Assembly: GCA_039714535.1 (NCBI GenBank)
Contig: JBDLJC010000001.1
Coordinates: 73,059-137,058, forward strand
Direction of reading: 5' to 3'
Source of the DNA: Thermodesulfobacteriota bacterium
Lineage (GTDB): Bacteria; Desulfobacterota; Desulfobulbia; Desulfobulbales; JAGXFP01
DNA: 64,000 nucleotides
Below, piece after piece: positions 8,017 through 18,719 of the stretch. Position 1 is the first letter of the stretch, and each line of letters begins with the position of its first letter. A program made the translations under genes and the position numbers. Under the pieces are notes generated by a model. It was not told the DNA's origin. It made no database searches and worked only from the letters and a program-made list of their open reading frames with translations.

Positions 8017-10602
8017 TTAATTCTTCCGCCAGATATGCAGTAGTGGGCTGGCGATGAAAATTGAAGAATAGGTGCCGACAATTATGCCGAGCAGCAGGGC
8101 CAGGGAGAAATCGTGGATAACCGTGCCACCCAGGACAACCAGCACCACCAGGACCAGCAGCGTGGTCAGGGAGGTGACTGCCGTCCGGCTAATAACATCG
8201 TTAATGCTGTTGTTGATGATTTTAACGAATGATGTCGTGCTACTGGCCTTATGCATATTTTCTCGAATCCGGTCAAAGACGACCACCGAATCGTTTAGTG
8301 AATAACCGGCCAGGGTGAGGAGGGCGGTGACGATCAGCAGGGTAATCTCGATATTAAATAGATAGCAAATGCCCAGGACCACGGTGACATCGTGAAATGT
8401 TGCCAGGGCCGCCGCCACCCCGAATCTTATATCGAAGCGCAGGGCCAGATAGCAGATAACGCCCAGTAACGAGATGAAAATGGCCTGGATAGCCTTGTTG
8501 CGCAGAACCTTGCTGACCGAAGAGCCGATGGCCGATTGGCTTTCCATGGCAAAACCGGCCTCCGGCATATTGGTGTTGAGTAATGAGGTAACCTGTTCGC
8601 TGATTTCGCCGACCGCCTCTTGGGATCTTTTGACCTTGACGATCAATTGGTTCTCATTCTCAACCTGCTGGAGAGTGGCTCCTTTCAGGTCCTTGTTGAG
8701 AATCTTGCGGACATCATCCAGGGCGAAGGGCTGGACCGCCTTGTACTGGACGATGGTCCCTCCTGAGAAATCAACGCCGAGATTGGCCTGGCCCCTGAGG
8801 ATTTGGACAAAGGCCAAGAGGCCGATCAGGACCAGCACCCCGGAGATGGTGAAGGTGATGTTCCTGATCTTCATGTAATCAAGGCTCGGTTTTTTGACGA
8901 GCTCGAAAAAGTTCAGCGGTTTCAGTAACCGTCTGTTGTGCAGGACGTCATAGACGAGCTTGGTGCCAAAGAGGGTGGTGAACAGGTTGAAGGTGACACC
9001 CAGGGAGAGGGTGACGGCGAAACCCTTGATTGGGCCGGTGCCGAACATAAACAGGGCCAGGGCGGTAATCAGGGTAGTGACCTGGGAGTCGATAATGGTG
9101 GAGAAAGCATTGCCGTAACCGCCTTCGACTCCGGATTTAACTGATTTGCCGATGGCAAACTCCTCTCGCATCCGTTCGAAGATCAGGACGTTTGAGTCAA
9201 CTGCCATGCCGATAGCCAGGATGATCCCGGCGATGCCGGGCAGGGTCAGGGTGGCATTCATGGTGGCCAGCCCGGCGAACAAGAGCAGGACGTTGAACAG
9301 CAGGGCCGCATTGGCAATAATGCCGGAGACCCGATAGTAGAGAACCATGAAGACCAGAACCAGGAAGGTGCCCAGTAGGCCTGACATCAACCCCTTATCG
9401 ATGGAGTCCTGGCCGAGGGAGGCGCCGACGGTCATGTTCTGGATAATGTTCAAGGGGGCCGGCAGGGCGCCAACCCTTAAAACGATAGCCAGATCGGAAG
9501 CCTCCTCGTAGGTGAAATTGCCGGAGATCTGGGCGCTGCCGCCAAGGATTCTTTCCCGGATGACCGGCGCCGACTTGACTATATCATCAAGGATAATGGC
9601 AAAACGCTTATTGACATTTTCCCCGGTTACCTTCCCGAAAATCCGGCCGCCTTCACTGGTCAGGTTGAGGCTGACGTTGGGCTCGTTAAAGGTCCCGCCG
9701 ATCTGGGGTTGGGAATCTTTGACCATGTCGCCGGTCATCATGATCGGGCTCTTGATCAACAGCGGGGTAATGGTCTCAATCTCAACGCCGGTGTCACGGC
9801 TGATTCTTTTCTCAAAATAAATTTCGGTATTGGCGGGTAGTCGATTCTGCAGGGCTTCGTTCAGTTGCTGGCGACCGTCACTCTGGATGTTGCCGTCCTG
9901 CCACTGCCCGGCCTGGATGGCCTGGGCGATTAGGCTGTCCAGGTCAACGTCATTCTGGTCAGAGAGAAGTTTGAATTCAAGCTGGGCGGTCTGGTGGATA
10001 AGATCCAAGGCTCGCTTGGGATCTTTGACTCCGGGCAGCTGGACTACAATCTCATCAGCTCCCTGGCGGATAATGACCGGTTCGGCCACCCCGAATTGAT
10101 CTATCCGGTTGCGGACGATTTCCAGGGATTGGTTGACGGCGTTATCTTTGATGAAATTGATTTTAGTCTCAGTGAGGCTCAGGACGATCCGGGGGAATGA
10201 ACCGGCTTCGGATTTGATCTCGATATCAAGATCCTCGGCGAAATCGCCACTAACAACCTCTTCTACGGTGTCCAGGGCGCCGCGGTTAGGCAGGGTGAAG
10301 ACAACCTGGGCCGGGTCCTGGGAAGGGGTTTTGACTACGGTGATCTGTTTTTCGGCCAGTTGGGACTTAAGATTCTGGGTGGCCAGGACGAGGGTGTTTT
10401 CGATAGCCTTATCCAGGTCGACTTTCATGACCAGATGCATGCCGCCCTGGAGATCAAGGCCGAGCCGCAAACCGGCCGGGGCCAGATACTTTTTCCACCA
10501 GTCGGGAACGTTATCGTTGAACGAGGGCAGGACGGAAACGCCGGAGAAAACGATCATGAATAGCAGTAGGAAAACCTTCCACTTCAAGGACTTGTTCATC
10601 AA
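8017..10602 (-). CDS. secDF: Protein translocase subunit SecDF (fused)
   Basis: 861 aa with a SecD periplasmic domain and two 6-TM RND-like modules. Confidence 0.9.
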   Translation of the reverse strand: MMNKSLKWKVFLLLFMIVFSGVSVLPSFNDNVPDWWKKYLAPAGLRLGLDLQGGMHLVMKVDLDKAIENTLVLATQNLKSQLAEKQITVVKTPSQDPAQVVFTLPNRGALDTVEEVVSGDFAEDLDIEIKSEAGSFPRIVLSLTETKINFIKDNAVNQSLEIVRNRIDQFGVAEPVIIRQGADEIVVQLPGVKDPKRALDLIHQTAQLEFKLLSDQNDVDLDSLIAQAIQAGQWQDGNIQSDGRQQLNEALQNRLPANTEIYFEKRISRDTGVEIETITPLLIKSPIMMTGDMVKDSQPQIGGTFNEPNVSLNLTSEGGRIFGKVTGENVNKRFAIILDDIVKSAPVIRERILGGSAQISGNFTYEEASDLAIVLRVGALPAPLNIIQNMTVGASLGQDSIDKGLMSGLLGTFLVLVFMVLYYRVSGIIANAALLFNVLLLFAGLATMNATLTLPGIAGIILAIGMAVDSNVLIFERMREEFAIGKSVKSGVEGGYGNAFSTIIDSQVTTLITALALFMFGTGPIKGFAVTLSLGVTFNLFTTLFGTKLVYDVLHNRRLLKPLNFFELVKKPSLDYMKIRNITFTISGVLVLIGLLAFVQILRGQANLGVDFSGGTIVQYKAVQPFALDDVRKILNKDLKGATLQQVENENQLIVKVKRSQEAVGEISEQVTSLLNTNMPEAGFAMESQSAIGSSVSKVLRNKAIQAIFISLLGVICYLALRFDIRFGVAAALATFHDVTVVLGICYLFNIEITLLIVTALLTLAGYSLNDSVVVFDRIRENMHKASSTTSFVKIINNSINDVISRTAVTSLTTLLVLVVLVVLGGTVIHDFSLALLLGIIVGTYSSIFIASPLLHIWRKN

Positions 10603-10920
10603 TGTGCTCCTTTAGGTCAGAAAAAAGCCGGGCGTGAGCCAGACGGTCATGTGGCTTGTTGATTGCAACAGGTGCGGGATTATAATCTAATCAATTGATA
10701 TTTAAAAGGACAAAACTAGCGAATAATTGCTGGCTGTTTTTTTGGCCGAAATGACCATCGTTTTGCCTTGACATGCTTGATGGGTGCAGTTTTTTTGCCA
10801 AGCATGTTGTAAGATTAGGAAACGGTATTATTATGTCATCTTCTTTTGGTCATTTTCAGGTTGATTTTGATCAGTTTAATTCAACGTTTAAAGAGTTCAA
10901 CCATCTCTTTTGGAGTTTTA

Positions 10921-11301
10921 ATGAAAAGGGTTCAACAGAAGTACCGCGATTTGCCGTCAGACGAACTGGTAAAGATAATATGCCAGGCCGCTGTAGATAA
11001 TAAGGCTGAAAACCTGCTTGCCCTTGATGTTCGGGGAATTTCTGGTTTTGCCGATTATTTCGTGATCATGAGCGGCACCTCGACTCGGCACGTAGCCGGT
11101 CTTGCTGGTGCTATTGAGAAGGAAATCGGCAGTAAACGGATGATGAGCGGCAACACCGAAGGGTTGAGCGATGGTAACTGGGTGTTGCTTGATTATAACG
11201 ATATTATTATTCACATTTTTTATAGTGAAACAAGACAGTACTACGATCTTGAGGGGCTGTGGCACGATGCGCCGCGGCTTGATCTGAGTGATCTCAGGTA
11301 A
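10921..11301 (+). CDS. rsfS: Ribosome silencing factor RsfS
   Basis: AVDNKAENLLALDVRGISGFADYFVIMSGTSTRHV is the RsfS/iojap signature. The ATG at 10921 follows ggag. Confidence 0.85.
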   Translation: MKRVQQKYRDLPSDELVKIICQAAVDNKAENLLALDVRGISGFADYFVIMSGTSTRHVAGLAGAIEKEIGSKRMMSGNTEGLSDGNWVLLDYNDIIIHIFYSETRQYYDLEGLWHDAPRLDLSDLR

Positions 11302-11317
11302 GCCGATGGTGTTGAAA

Positions 11318-11525
11318 AAGTTACCGGTCTACGGCGTCGCAGCACCTTTTCGCAGTCTTCGCTTAGTTGCGAGAGTATCAAGCTAAGACTTTTTAAGTTT
11401 AAATCCTTAAAACCAATTTATTGCAATATATCATTAGGTTGCCTAGCCCGGATAAACCGGAATTTATAAAGGTTCTGGGCTCTGTTTAGTACCCCTCGGA
11501 GTTTTCGCTTAACTGGGGGGGAGCG
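11318..11525. repeat. Copy A of a dispersed MITE-like intergenic repeat
   Basis: Shares the modules ccggtctacggcgtcgcagc and ttttcgcagtcttcgcttagttgcga, plus the core cctcggagttttcgcttaactg (11494..11515), with copies at 23.2, 39.8 and 54.2 kb. Confidence 0.7.
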
Positions 11526-11615
11526 CCTTAACGATATGATGTGATTTATTTAAATAATTTAACTATTTGTAATTTCTTGTCTTAATAACCACGAAAATTA
11601 TTGCTAAGGCACTAA

Positions 11616-13163
11616 ATGAGAGAACGAGGTCCGTTGTTACTCGCCATCCTGGATGGTTGGGGGGTCGGCGCGAAAACAGAAAGCAATGCCGTTCATGTGG
11701 CCAAGACGCCGAATATGGACAGGTTGTGGGCAACATATCCCCATACAACCTTGCTGGCCCACGGCAGCGATGTCGGTCTGCCCGATGGGCAGATGGGTAA
11801 TTCCGAAGTGGGGCATCTGAATATCGGGGCCGGTCGGGTTGTTTATCAGGATTATTCGCGGATCAACCGTGCCCTTGCATCCGGTGAGTTTTTTGCCAAT
11901 GAAGTGTTGGCTCTGGCCATGCATAAGGCCAAGGATAACGACAGCGCCCTGCATCTGATGGGTTTGCTCTCAGACGGTGGGGTCCATAGTCATCTTGACC
12001 ACTTGCTCGGTCTGGTGGAGATGGCTGCCCGAATGGGGTTGGAGAAGGTCTTTGTCCATGCCTTCATGGATGGCCGCGATACCCCGCCTCGAAGCGGCCT
12101 GGGTTATATGGAGCAATTACAGGGCGGACTTGCGCGGATCGGCCTTGGCCAGGTGGCGACGGTTTCAGGGCGTTATTATGCCATGGATCGGGATAAGCAC
12201 TGGGAGCGGGTTGAACTTGCCTGGCAGGCCCTGGTTGGCGGTCGTGGCCTGACTGCGGCCGATCCGGTGTTGGCGGTTCAGGATGGTTATGAGCGGGATG
12301 AGTCCGATGAGTTTATTAAGCCGACAGTAATTATTGATCAGGGGCAGCAGCCGCTGGGACTGGTCAGCGATAACGACAGTGCGGTCTTTTTTAATTTCCG
12401 GGCTGATCGGGCCCGTCAGTTGACCTCTGCTTTTACCCGTTGGGATTTTAATGATTTCGAGACCGGCCGTCGGCCCTCTCTGGCTGGTTATGCGACCATG
12501 ACGGTCTATGACCAGGAATTCGGTTTGCCGGCGGCCTTCCCGCCTACGGCTCTGGAACATATCCTTGGCGAGGAGGTCAGTCGCCACGGTCTTCGCCAGC
12601 TGCGGATTGCCGAGACCGAAAAATATGCCCATGTGACTTTCTTTTTTAATGGCGGCCTCGAGGAGCCCTATGCAAACGAAGATCGGGTCTTGATTCCTTC
12701 GCCGCGGGAGGTGGCGACCTACGATCTCAAGCCCGAGATGAGCGCTTTTTTGGTAACCGACGAGTTGTTGCAGAAACTTGAGGGAGATGATTATGACCTG
12801 ATTGTCCTCAATCTGGCCAACGGCGATATGGTTGGTCATAGCGGCAAGATGGCGGCGGCGGTTAAGGCCTGTGAAGCCGTTGATAGCTGTGTGGGTGCTC
12901 TGGTTGAAGCAATAACCAGCCGGAATGGCGCGGTTTTGATAACTGCCGATCACGGCAATGCCGAGCAGATGATTGACCCGCAGAGCGGCGTCTCTTTTAC
13001 GGCCCATACGGCTAATCCGGTGCCGTTGCTGTTGGTTGCTGAGCGCTATCGTTCCTGTACCCTCGGTGCGGGCGGTGCTTTACGTGATATTGCCCCCACC
13101 GTGCTGGAACTGCTCGGTCTGCCGGTACCAACGGAGATGGATGGCAAGAGTTTACTTTGCTAA
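11616..13163 (+). CDS. gpmI: 2,3-bisphosphoglycerate-independent phosphoglycerate mutase
   Basis: 515 aa with the characteristic iPGM motifs LAILDGWG, GNSEVGH and ADHGNAE. Confidence 0.9.
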   Translation: MRERGPLLLAILDGWGVGAKTESNAVHVAKTPNMDRLWATYPHTTLLAHGSDVGLPDGQMGNSEVGHLNIGAGRVVYQDYSRINRALASGEFFANEVLALAMHKAKDNDSALHLMGLLSDGGVHSHLDHLLGLVEMAARMGLEKVFVHAFMDGRDTPPRSGLGYMEQLQGGLARIGLGQVATVSGRYYAMDRDKHWERVELAWQALVGGRGLTAADPVLAVQDGYERDESDEFIKPTVIIDQGQQPLGLVSDNDSAVFFNFRADRARQLTSAFTRWDFNDFETGRRPSLAGYATMTVYDQEFGLPAAFPPTALEHILGEEVSRHGLRQLRIAETEKYAHVTFFFNGGLEEPYANEDRVLIPSPREVATYDLKPEMSAFLVTDELLQKLEGDDYDLIVLNLANGDMVGHSGKMAAAVKACEAVDSCVGALVEAITSRNGAVLITADHGNAEQMIDPQSGVSFTAHTANPVPLLLVAERYRSCTLGAGGALRDIAPTVLELLGLPVPTEMDGKSLLC

Positions 13164-13240
13164 TTAAGTAGTTACGATATTGCTATGCCCCTCTTGGGTA
13201 TATTTACGAAACCATTAATCTTAAAGACGGCTTGAAGGTT

Positions 13241-14629
13241 ATGAAATACATCAGCACCAGGGGCGGGATTGCCCCGATATCTTTCAGTGAAGCGGTAATG
13301 ATGGGGCTGGCCACCGATGGCGGTCTGCTGTTACCTGAAGAAATCATTCCGGTTGATCAGGCAACATTGGCCGATTGGCAAGACCTGTCTTACCGGCAGT
13401 TGGCCTTTGAGGTTATCTCCCGGTTTGTCGGTGATATTCCCCCGGCTGACCTCAAGGATCTGATCGATCGTTCTTACGACTCCTTCAGCCATCCCGACAT
13501 AACTCCCTTGGTAAAGGTTGACGATATCCATATTCTCGAACTGTTTCATGGTCCGACCTTTGCCTTTAAAGATGTGGCCCTGCAGTTCCTCGGTAATGTC
13601 TTTGAGTATCTCTTGAAGAAATCCGGGGGCAAGATGAATATTCTGGGGGCCACCTCCGGTGATACCGGTAGCGCCGCTATTTATGGGGTCAGGGGCAAGG
13701 ATAATATCAATATTTTCGTCCTGCATCCCCTCGGTCGGGTGAGTCGTATTCAGGAGTTGCAGATGACTACGGTGACCGATGCCAATGTCTTTAATATCGC
13801 TTTGCGTGGCACCTTCGATGACGGCCAGGCCATAGTCAAATCAATTTTTAACGATATTCCCTTTAAGGAGAAATATTGTCTGGGCGCGGTCAACTCAATT
13901 AACTGGGCCAGGATTCTTGCCCAGGTTGTCTACTATCTGTATGCGGCTTTGCGACTGCGTTCCGGCGCAGGGTGTGAAAAGGTTGATTTTTCGGTGCCTA
14001 CCGGCAATTTTGGCGATATCTTTGCCGGTTATGTCGCCAGACGGATGACGCCAGGCCTGATCGGTAAGTTGGTTTTGGCCACCAATGAGAATGATCTGCT
14101 GACCAGATTTGTCAACGACGGTGAGTATTCAGTAGGGCGGGTTACCCAGACCAGCAGTCCGTCGATGGATATCCAGGTCTCAAGTAATTTTGAGCGTTAC
14201 CTCTACTACCTTAATGACCGGGATCCTGAGCGAACCCGGGAGGCCATGGAACGCTTTAGTGCCTCCGGCTGTCTGGAATTTGATCAAGCCAGTCAACAAA
14301 GGGTCAGTTCTGAACTTTGCTCAAGAACGGTGAGCGAGGAGGAGACCGGTTCGACCATCGCCTCTTTTAATCAACGGGGCTATTTACTGGATCCTCATAC
14401 TGCGGTTGGGGTGAAGGCTGCCCGGGATTTTATTGAGGACGGGGTGCCGATGGTTTGTCTGGCCACGGCCCATCCGGCTAAATTCGGCGGCGCGGTGGCC
14501 CGGGCAATTGGCAATGCACCGGATCTCCCGCCTGCCTTGGCAGCCATGCTCGATCAAGACAGCCGTAGTGAAACGCTGGATGCTGATGTTGAGGTGATTA
14601 AGGGGTACGTCGCTCGCCAGGCCTTATGA
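13241..14629 (+). CDS. thrC: Threonine synthase (long form)
   Basis: Starts MKYISTRGG. Contains the PLP-lysine motif PTFAFKD and GATSGDTG. Confidence 0.85.
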   Translation: MKYISTRGGIAPISFSEAVMMGLATDGGLLLPEEIIPVDQATLADWQDLSYRQLAFEVISRFVGDIPPADLKDLIDRSYDSFSHPDITPLVKVDDIHILELFHGPTFAFKDVALQFLGNVFEYLLKKSGGKMNILGATSGDTGSAAIYGVRGKDNINIFVLHPLGRVSRIQELQMTTVTDANVFNIALRGTFDDGQAIVKSIFNDIPFKEKYCLGAVNSINWARILAQVVYYLYAALRLRSGAGCEKVDFSVPTGNFGDIFAGYVARRMTPGLIGKLVLATNENDLLTRFVNDGEYSVGRVTQTSSPSMDIQVSSNFERYLYYLNDRDPERTREAMERFSASGCLEFDQASQQRVSSELCSRTVSEEETGSTIASFNQRGYLLDPHTAVGVKAARDFIEDGVPMVCLATAHPAKFGGAVARAIGNAPDLPPALAAMLDQDSRSETLDADVEVIKGYVARQAL

Positions 14630-14759
14630 TTTAAGGGGCGTAAATCTGCTTTCCAGAGTTGCAATGCGCGGAAAAGCGGATTAGAAACAGAATAAAGTGT
14701 TTTATTCCGGTATATTGGCATAGCGATATTTTCTTGGTGGATATTTTTGAGGGACATTA

Positions 14760-15839
14760 ATGAGGGTTGAGGACCGGATAAAATATTTAAGCTCGATGGA
14801 TCTCTTTCAGCAATTTACCGAGGGGGAGCTATACAAGTTTTTTGCTGAAAATGTTTCAGAAATAGAGGTTCCGCCTGGCGAGGTCCTCTGTCGGGAGGGC
14901 GGCAGTGGCGATGATATGTATATCCTGCTGGTCGGTGAGCTTAAGATCACCAAGGATAACAAGTTTATAACGACCATCAAGCCGGTTGAATATATCGGCG
15001 AGATGGCCCTCATTGAAGATAAACCCCGCTCCGCCACAGTCGAGGCCGTAACCAACAGCACCCTCCTGAAGATTACCAGAGCTCAGTTCCAGGAATATTT
15101 TTCCCAACGGCCCGAATCACTTTTTGCGATACTACAGACCCTGAGCCGCAGAATTCGGCTTAATACCGAGATTATCGCTGAGGAGCTGGAGAAGGCCAAT
15201 ATCATGATCCATGATATGAAGAATCAGATGGCCCCCTTCCTTTTCCTGGATATGCTGGAAAGGAAGGTTTCTGACGAGTCAGCGCTCCGGATGGTTAAGG
15301 TCATGAAGGCGGGACGGGATAATCTTACCGATATGATGGCCGAGTCTCTGGCTGAGGCTAAGCGGAAAAATAGTACCAGAAAGATCGGCAATTTCTCCAT
15401 TCAGGAACTGATTGCCGATATTAAGGAATCCGAGATTAAATCTCATCCTGATCTCCGGAATAGGTTAGTTGAATTTAATATTAAAGAAGATGTGCCGAGT
15501 TTTAATTTTTGCAGGCTGGAGATCCGTCGTGTCCTGGTTAATCTTCTGGTAAATGCCGCCCAAGCCAGTGGCCACACCGAACTCATTGAAATTGGCCTGG
15601 ATTCCAGTGAGAATAATGCGATCATCTACACCATGGATCGTGGTGAGGGTATTGCCGAAGAGATTAAAGACAGAATCTTTGACTCCTGTTTTACGACCAG
15701 GGAGGGGGGGAATGGTCTGGGCTTAGCATCCTGCCGATATATTGTCGAAACGTTACATTATGGCAAGTTGGGTTTTGCCGCCCGAGAAGGCGGCGGCACA
15801 ATCTTTACCTTCACCCTGGCACTTGATGCTAAATTCTGA
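14760..15839 (+). CDS. Soluble histidine kinase with an N-terminal cyclic-nucleotide-binding domain
   Basis: cNMP-binding pattern GEVLCREG...YIGEMALI...PRSATV. H-box IHDMKNQM. HATPase_c N and G boxes LVNLLVNA, DRGEGI and GGNGLGL. Confidence 0.7.
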   Translation: MRVEDRIKYLSSMDLFQQFTEGELYKFFAENVSEIEVPPGEVLCREGGSGDDMYILLVGELKITKDNKFITTIKPVEYIGEMALIEDKPRSATVEAVTNSTLLKITRAQFQEYFSQRPESLFAILQTLSRRIRLNTEIIAEELEKANIMIHDMKNQMAPFLFLDMLERKVSDESALRMVKVMKAGRDNLTDMMAESLAEAKRKNSTRKIGNFSIQELIADIKESEIKSHPDLRNRLVEFNIKEDVPSFNFCRLEIRRVLVNLLVNAAQASGHTELIEIGLDSSENNAIIYTMDRGEGIAEEIKDRIFDSCFTTREGGNGLGLASCRYIVETLHYGKLGFAAREGGGTIFTFTLALDAKF

Positions 15840-16155
15840 AAAATATTTTTTGCCTTATTGTGGTCGGATGATCCCGGGCACTTTATTCCCTGAAAAGTTT
15901 TCTCAATAACATTGTAGTCTGGCCGGTAGTTTTCTTTGGCCACTCATTCCGGCTTCTCTTCGCTGCTTAACGCTAATATTCACAACTTATAGGTCTCCTC
16001 TTAATGCGTGCTGTCCGATGGAGCCTTTTGAGTGGGTTAGGCTAAGAAGTTTTTTTGCAGATTGGGCCGTTCTCCGTTTAAGCTGATTATTTTCGGCCAA
16101 GCCTTGTTTGGGGCTGGTTTGCAGGTAGAAAAACAAGAGTGTTTCAGGTGAAATT

Positions 16156-16992
16156 ATGGATAGCGATATTTTTTCATACCGGCTTCAGGTTGAGAAGGCA
16201 GTTGCTTATCTGGGTAAGAGAATCAGAGAGACTCCGGAAATTGTAATTAGTATTGGTACCGGACTTGGTTTTCTGGTTGACCGGGTTGAGTCGTCCCTGG
16301 TTATTCCTTACGAAGAGGTTCCTTGCTTCCCGCAGGCAACGGTAACCAGCCATGCCGGGAACCTTGTTTTCGGCAAGCTGGCCGGTCGGGCGGTGGTGGT
16401 CCTCCAGGGACGGTGTCATTATTACGAAGGTTATTCGACCAGAGAGTTGACCTTGCCGCTTCGGGTGATGGCCTTGCTCGGCGCCAAGACCTTGGTTGTT
16501 GCCAATGCCGCCGGCGGTCTTAACCCTGCTATTGGTGCAGGTTCATTGATGGTCATTCGTGATCACATCAACTTTATTCCCGATAACCCGTTACGGGGAA
16601 CAAATATTGATGAATGGGGTCCTCGTTTCCCGGATCTTTCGGACGCCTATGATAAAGAACTGCTTGGATTGGCTCGGTGTGGGGCAGAGAGACTTGGATT
16701 TGCTGATGTTGCCGTCGGGGTCTATGGCGCCGTTCCTGGCCCCAGTCTGGAGACGCCAGCCGAGACTCGTTATCTGCATGATTGCGGGATTGATGCCGTT
16801 GGGATGTCGACGGTCCCGGAGGTGATTGTGGCCAAGCATGCCTCGATGCGGGTTCTGGGCGTGTCGGTGATAGCAAATGTCAACGATCCCGATAATTTTC
16901 AGCCGATTATTCTCGAAGATGTTATTGCCCGAACTGGGCAGGTTGTGGGGCAACTGACAAAAATGATCGCAGAGATCATTCCCGAATTTTAG
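16156..16992 (+). CDS. Purine nucleoside phosphorylase (PunA/MTAP family)
   Basis: Trimeric PNP family pattern with SHAGNLVFG, NAAGGLN and GMSTVPEV. Confidence 0.8.
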   Translation: MDSDIFSYRLQVEKAVAYLGKRIRETPEIVISIGTGLGFLVDRVESSLVIPYEEVPCFPQATVTSHAGNLVFGKLAGRAVVVLQGRCHYYEGYSTRELTLPLRVMALLGAKTLVVANAAGGLNPAIGAGSLMVIRDHINFIPDNPLRGTNIDEWGPRFPDLSDAYDKELLGLARCGAERLGFADVAVGVYGAVPGPSLETPAETRYLHDCGIDAVGMSTVPEVIVAKHASMRVLGVSVIANVNDPDNFQPIILEDVIARTGQVVGQLTKMIAEIIPEF

Positions 16993-17110
16993 ATATGTTC
17001 GTTCACCGGGAAGAATGATTTTTTTTGCTATTAGCACTATTTTCAAGTAAATATAAGATATTACTAATGAATGATGCTTTTGCAGACTGCTAAGCTGTGG
17101 AGATGAAAAA

Positions 17111-17299
17111 ATGTTTGGATTGGGAATGCCGGAACTCATTGTTATCCTGGTGATCATTGTGATAATTTTCGGGGCTGGCAAATTGCCTGAGATAGGTTCT
17201 GGAATTGGCAAGGGTATCAAGAATTTCAAAGAGGCCACCAAGAGCGAGGAAAAGGACGAAATTGAGGACAAGAAGGACGAAAATTCTTCTGATAGTTGA
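17111..17299 (+). CDS. tatA: Twin-arginine translocase subunit TatA/E
   Basis: Sequence starts [29 protein letters not shown]. Confidence 0.85.
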   Translation: MFGLGMPELIVILVIIVIIFGAGKLPEIGSGIGKGIKNFKEATKSEEKDEIEDKKDENSSDS

Positions 17300-17356
17300 T
17301 TGCTCTTTTCCTGTAAGAGGGCCCTTGTCGGGCCGTAATATTTTTAAGGTGACATT

Positions 17357-17581
17357 ATGTTTGGATTAGGAACGCCGGAACTCATTGTGATCCTGGGTAT
17401 AGCCTTTTTGGTTTTCGGTGGCAAGAAACTGCCGGAAATCGGTGCTGGACTTGGCAAGGGGATCAGCTCTTTCAAGAAGGGGCTTCGTGAGGTTGAAGAC
17501 AGTGTGCCTGGAGTTAAAGAAGCTGCCGCAGTCAAGGAAGAGATCGACAAGGTCAAGAATCTTGGCAAGGTGGTTGGCTGA
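17357..17581 (+). CDS. Second TatA/TatB-family protein
   Basis: MFGLGTPELIVILGIAFLVFGGKKLPEIG, a tandem paralog of the preceding gene. Confidence 0.8.
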   Translation: MFGLGTPELIVILGIAFLVFGGKKLPEIGAGLGKGISSFKKGLREVEDSVPGVKEAAAVKEEIDKVKNLGKVVG

Positions 17582-17613
17582 TAAACACCAACAAAAAATC
17601 GGCTTTTTAAAAA

Positions 17614-17646
17614 GGGAATCTGGTCTTGTCAGGTTCCTTTTTTTTT
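17614..17646 (+). terminator. Rho-independent terminator after the tatA pair
   Basis: Imperfect stem GGAATCTG paired with CAGGTTCC, followed by a T9 run. Confidence 0.55.
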
Positions 17647-17866
17647 GCTTTCAGGTCAGACGGTCTCAGCTTTGGTCCTGTATTATGGTCTTGGCAACAT
17701 TGAATACTTTCGCGTCAATGTGTCGTCCTTTGCAAAGATGCGAAGACTAATTGGTACAGGGGTGGTGTGCTGTAATTCTGATGGATCGTTTTTATCATCA
17801 AATCGATGAACGAACACCTGGGGAAGGCCCGATTTGTCCAGACCTTCCCCTTTGTCATCGTTTAAA

Positions 17867-18607
17867 TCAGAATGCCATGCTGGCCGAGATGCCGCCATAA
17901 ACATGGCTGTCGTCAGTATCATAACTAACAGCCGCTATGGCAGTTTCCGCTTCATTGGTAAGCGCAAAAGAGTAGTATAACTCCGGGCTGACCGAGACAT
18001 AATCATTGATCGCAAATGTCATTGAGGCGCTTAAGAGCCCGTCGTGAAATTCACTGTAATCAGCGTCGTTATCCAGGTAACCGACCTGGGCGCCAAGATC
18101 CAGGGCCATGCCCTCTGCTATCGCCAGAGACCGACTGATCCCTAAAGTCGCGTATGAACCCGGCAGGTGAGCAATGTCTGTATAGTAGGTCAGGGTCGGG
18201 GTCAAGATGGTATCAACACTTACTGAGATATAAAGCTCCTGGGTGTCAGCACCACCGTCAACGTTATAGTAGATCCAGCCAACTCCGTAGCCGATCATGC
18301 CGGCAGAGCCATCATAGGAAACAGTCATATCAGTTTCATTCCAGTTGGTGGTGTCGAGGCCCATCTCATCGGTATCAAGGTTCCCCCATAAATTTGCGGC
18401 AAAACCCTTGTGGCTGATGGTCATCGATGGCTGCAGGACTACACTGCTGTCACTGAAGGCAAAGCCCCGCCAGACATACTGGCTGTAAGCGCCCATTGTC
18501 AGGTCTGCTTCCGGTTTATCTTCCGCCATTGCATTTCCATAAATACCTGTGGTAAGAGCTAAAGCTGTAAGACCGGTTATCATGATTTTTCTTGCTGTAT
18601 TTTCCAT
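17867..18607 (-). CDS. Outer-membrane beta-barrel protein, TorF/TIGR02001-like
   Basis: Signal peptide present. YSQYVWRGF, alternating beta-strand pattern and a C-terminal F. Sits directly downstream of amt. Confidence 0.55.
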   Translation of the reverse strand: MENTARKIMITGLTALALTTGIYGNAMAEDKPEADLTMGAYSQYVWRGFAFSDSSVVLQPSMTISHKGFAANLWGNLDTDEMGLDTTNWNETDMTVSYDGSAGMIGYGVGWIYYNVDGGADTQELYISVSVDTILTPTLTYYTDIAHLPGSYATLGISRSLAIAEGMALDLGAQVGYLDNDADYSEFHDGLLSASMTFAINDYVSVSPELYYSFALTNEAETAIAAVSYDTDDSHVYGGISASMAF

Positions 18608-18719
18608 TGTTAAGTTCCTTTTGCTTTTTACGGTTAATGAACTACTTGTTTTTGCCGGGACCGACCTTTTCAGGCCGGCCCAATCTGGTTTGCAACTGGC
18701 TCACGCCGTTACCTTTCTT

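Noticed and set aside
12165-13007. Long antisense ORFs inside well-supported genes. Examples: 280 aa opposite gpmI, 327 aa at 30076..31059 opposite the dehydratase-family gene, 216 aa at 50397..51047 opposite purM, 228 aa at 59657..60343, and 254 aa at 53186..53950 opposite the EF-G paralog.
   Set aside because: They are shadow ORFs of GC-rich coding regions. Their composition is low-complexity and Arg/Pro/Gly-rich, they carry no recognisable motifs, and the opposite strand encodes a clearly conserved protein.
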